The translations under genes were made by a program, and so were the position numbers. DNA of 63,610 bases, the filler included, from Chiloscyllium plagiosum (Eukaryota), in NCBI RefSeq assembly GCF_004010195.1. It is 4 parts of one record of this genome, joined end to end, with 100 filler letters (N's around TTAATTAATTAA, not from the genome) between each part and the next. Parts side by side here need not be neighbours in the genome. Positions count along the whole stretch, not along the records: positions 56,006 to 63,610 come from NC_057713.1; 3 more parts are not named here. One strand, 5' to 3'. This document shows, piece after piece, positions 61,701 through 63,610 of the stretch. The notes beneath the pieces were generated by a model. The model saw only the letters and a list, made by a program, of their open reading frames with translations, made no database searches and was not told the DNA's origin. Within the stretch, counting starts at the first letter, position 1. The number at the start of each line of letters is the position of its first letter.

Positions 61701-63610
61701 TCCCCATGTGTGCACTATATACTGTGTACATTCCGCATTTTTTTGGAATCCCCACATGTGCACTATATTCTGTGTACATTCTATAGTGTCCCTCAATCCC
61801 CATGTGAGCACTATATTCTGTGTACATTCTGCAGTGTCCATGAATCCCCAAGTGTGCAGTATATTCTTTGTACTTTCTGCCGTGTCCGTGAATCTCCATA
61901 GGTGCACTATATTCTGTATATATTCTGCAGTGTCCCTGAATCCCCATGTTTGCACTATATTCTGTGTAAATTTTGCAATGTCCCTGATTTCCCAAATGTT
62001 ATCTATATTCTGTGTACATTTTATAGTGTCCCTGAATCCCCATGTGTGAACTACATTCTGCACTATATTCGGTGTACATTCTGCAGTTTCCCTGGAACTC
62101 CATGTGTACACTATATTCTGTGTACATTCTGCAGTGTCCCTGAATCCCCGTGTGTGAATTACATTCTGTATATATTCTATAGTGTCCCTGAATCCCCATG
62201 TGTGCACTATATACTGTGTACATTCCGCATTGTTTTGGAATCGCCACATGTGCACTATATTCTGTGTGCATTAGGCAGTGCCCCTGATTCTCCAAGCGTG
62301 CACTATATTCTGTGTACATTATATAGTCTCCCTAAATCCCCATGTGTGCACTATATTCTGTGTACATTCTGCGGTGTCCCTGAATCACAATGTGTGCATT
62401 ATATTCCATGAAAATTATGCAGTGTCCCTGAATGCCAATATGTGCACTATATTCTGTGTACATTCTATAAGTGTCCCTGCATCAACGTGTGCACTAAATT
62501 CTGCAGTGTCCCTGAATCCCCATGTGTGCACTGTATTCTGTGTAGATTCTGCAGTGTCCCTGAATCCCCATGTGAGCACTATATTCTGTGTACATTCTGC
62601 AGTTTCCCATAATACCCAGGTGTGCACTATATTCTCTGTACATTCAGCAGTGTCCCTGAATCCCCACACTGTGCACACTTTGCATGTCCCTGATTCCCCA
62701 TATGTGCACTATATTCTGTGTGCATTCTATAGTGTTCCTGAATCCCCATGTGTGCACTATATTCTGTGTATATTCTATAGTGACCCTGAATCCCCATGTG
62801 TTCACGATATTCTGTGTACATTATGCAATGTCCATGAATCCCCACGTGTGCACTATATTCTCTGTGCATTCTATAGTGTCCCTGAATCCCCATGTGTCCG
62901 CTATATTCTGTGTACATTCTGTAGTGTCCCTGAATCCCCAGGTGTGCACTATATTCTGTGTGCATTCTGCAGTGTCCCTGAATCCTCATGCATGCACTAT
63001 ATTCTGTGTACATTCTATAATGTCCCTGTATCCCCATGTGTCCACTATATTCTGTGTACATTCTATAGCGTCCCTGAATCATCGTGTGCACAAAATTCTG
63101 TGTAAAATCTGTAGTATCCCTGAATCCCCATGTGAGCACTATATTCTGTGTACATTCTGTAGTGTCCCTGAATTCACATTTGTTCGCTATATTCTGTGTA
63201 CACTTTGCAGTGTCCCTGAATCCCCATTTGTGCACTATATTCTTTGTACACTTTGCAGTGTCCCTGAATACCCATGTGTGCACTATATTCTGAGTAGATT
63301 CTGCAGTGTGCCTGAAACCCCAATTGTGCACTATATACTGTGTACATTATGTAGTGTCCCTGAAACTCCATGTGTGGGCACTAAATTCTGTGTACATTCT
63401 GCAGTGTCCCTGAATCCCCATGTGTGTACTATATTCTGCGTACATTCTGCAGTGTTCCTGAATCTCCATGTGTGCACTATATTCTGTGTACATTTTGCAG
63501 TCTCCCTGAATCCCCATGTGTGTACTATATTTTGTGTTGATTCTGCAGTGTCCCTGAATCCCCATGTGTGTACTATATTCTGTGTACATTCTGCAGTGTC
63601 CCTGAATCCC
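58768..63610. repeat. 48-bp tandem satellite/minisatellite, about 100 units, running off the window end
   Basis: Consensus TGCAGTGTCCCTGAATCCCCATGTGTGCACTATATTCTGTGTACATTC; the ORF track shows 16-aa periodicity. Confidence 0.97.

Noticed and set aside
58650..63589. Long Cys/His-rich ORFs (up to 457 aa) resembling zinc-finger or repeat proteins
   Set aside because: They arise because the 48-bp unit is a multiple of three and lacks stops in several frames on both strands. Indels switch frames freely, and there is no C2H2 spacing.
58768..63610. Possible CRISPR-like array
   Set aside because: Units are contiguous with no unique spacers, and the context is eukaryotic with no cas genes.

Overview
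Repeat-dense eukaryotic DNA, almost certainly from a cartilaginous fish (shark or ray). The basis is the HE1/V-SINEs, HER1-like CR1 LINEs and DeuSINE remnants. I recognise no host protein-coding exon: every long ORF is a transposon remnant, a microsatellite or gap artefact, or a satellite reading frame. The window is a nested mosaic of decayed CR1 LINEs, tRNA-derived SINEs, several Penelope-like element (PLE) families, a Gypsy pol fragment, two probable solo LTRs, RTE and Rex1-like LINE ends and a Mutator/Phantom-like foldback element. It ends in a 48-bp satellite array of about 4.8 kb. Main signals: (1) Many short PLE terminal-repeat insertions, often palindromic and flanked by target-site duplications (TSDs), carry minimal hammerhead ribozyme cores (CUGANGA-stem-GAAACGUC). 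(2) A ~3.5-kb block (4880-8397) is bounded by two nearly identical inverted ribozyme-bearing arms and one 16-bp direct repeat, which suggests PLE-associated capture of old genomic DNA. (3) A non-autonomous MULE retains the start of a FLYWCH-like domain. Family names come from motif recognition, not database searches, and most repeat boundaries are approximate.
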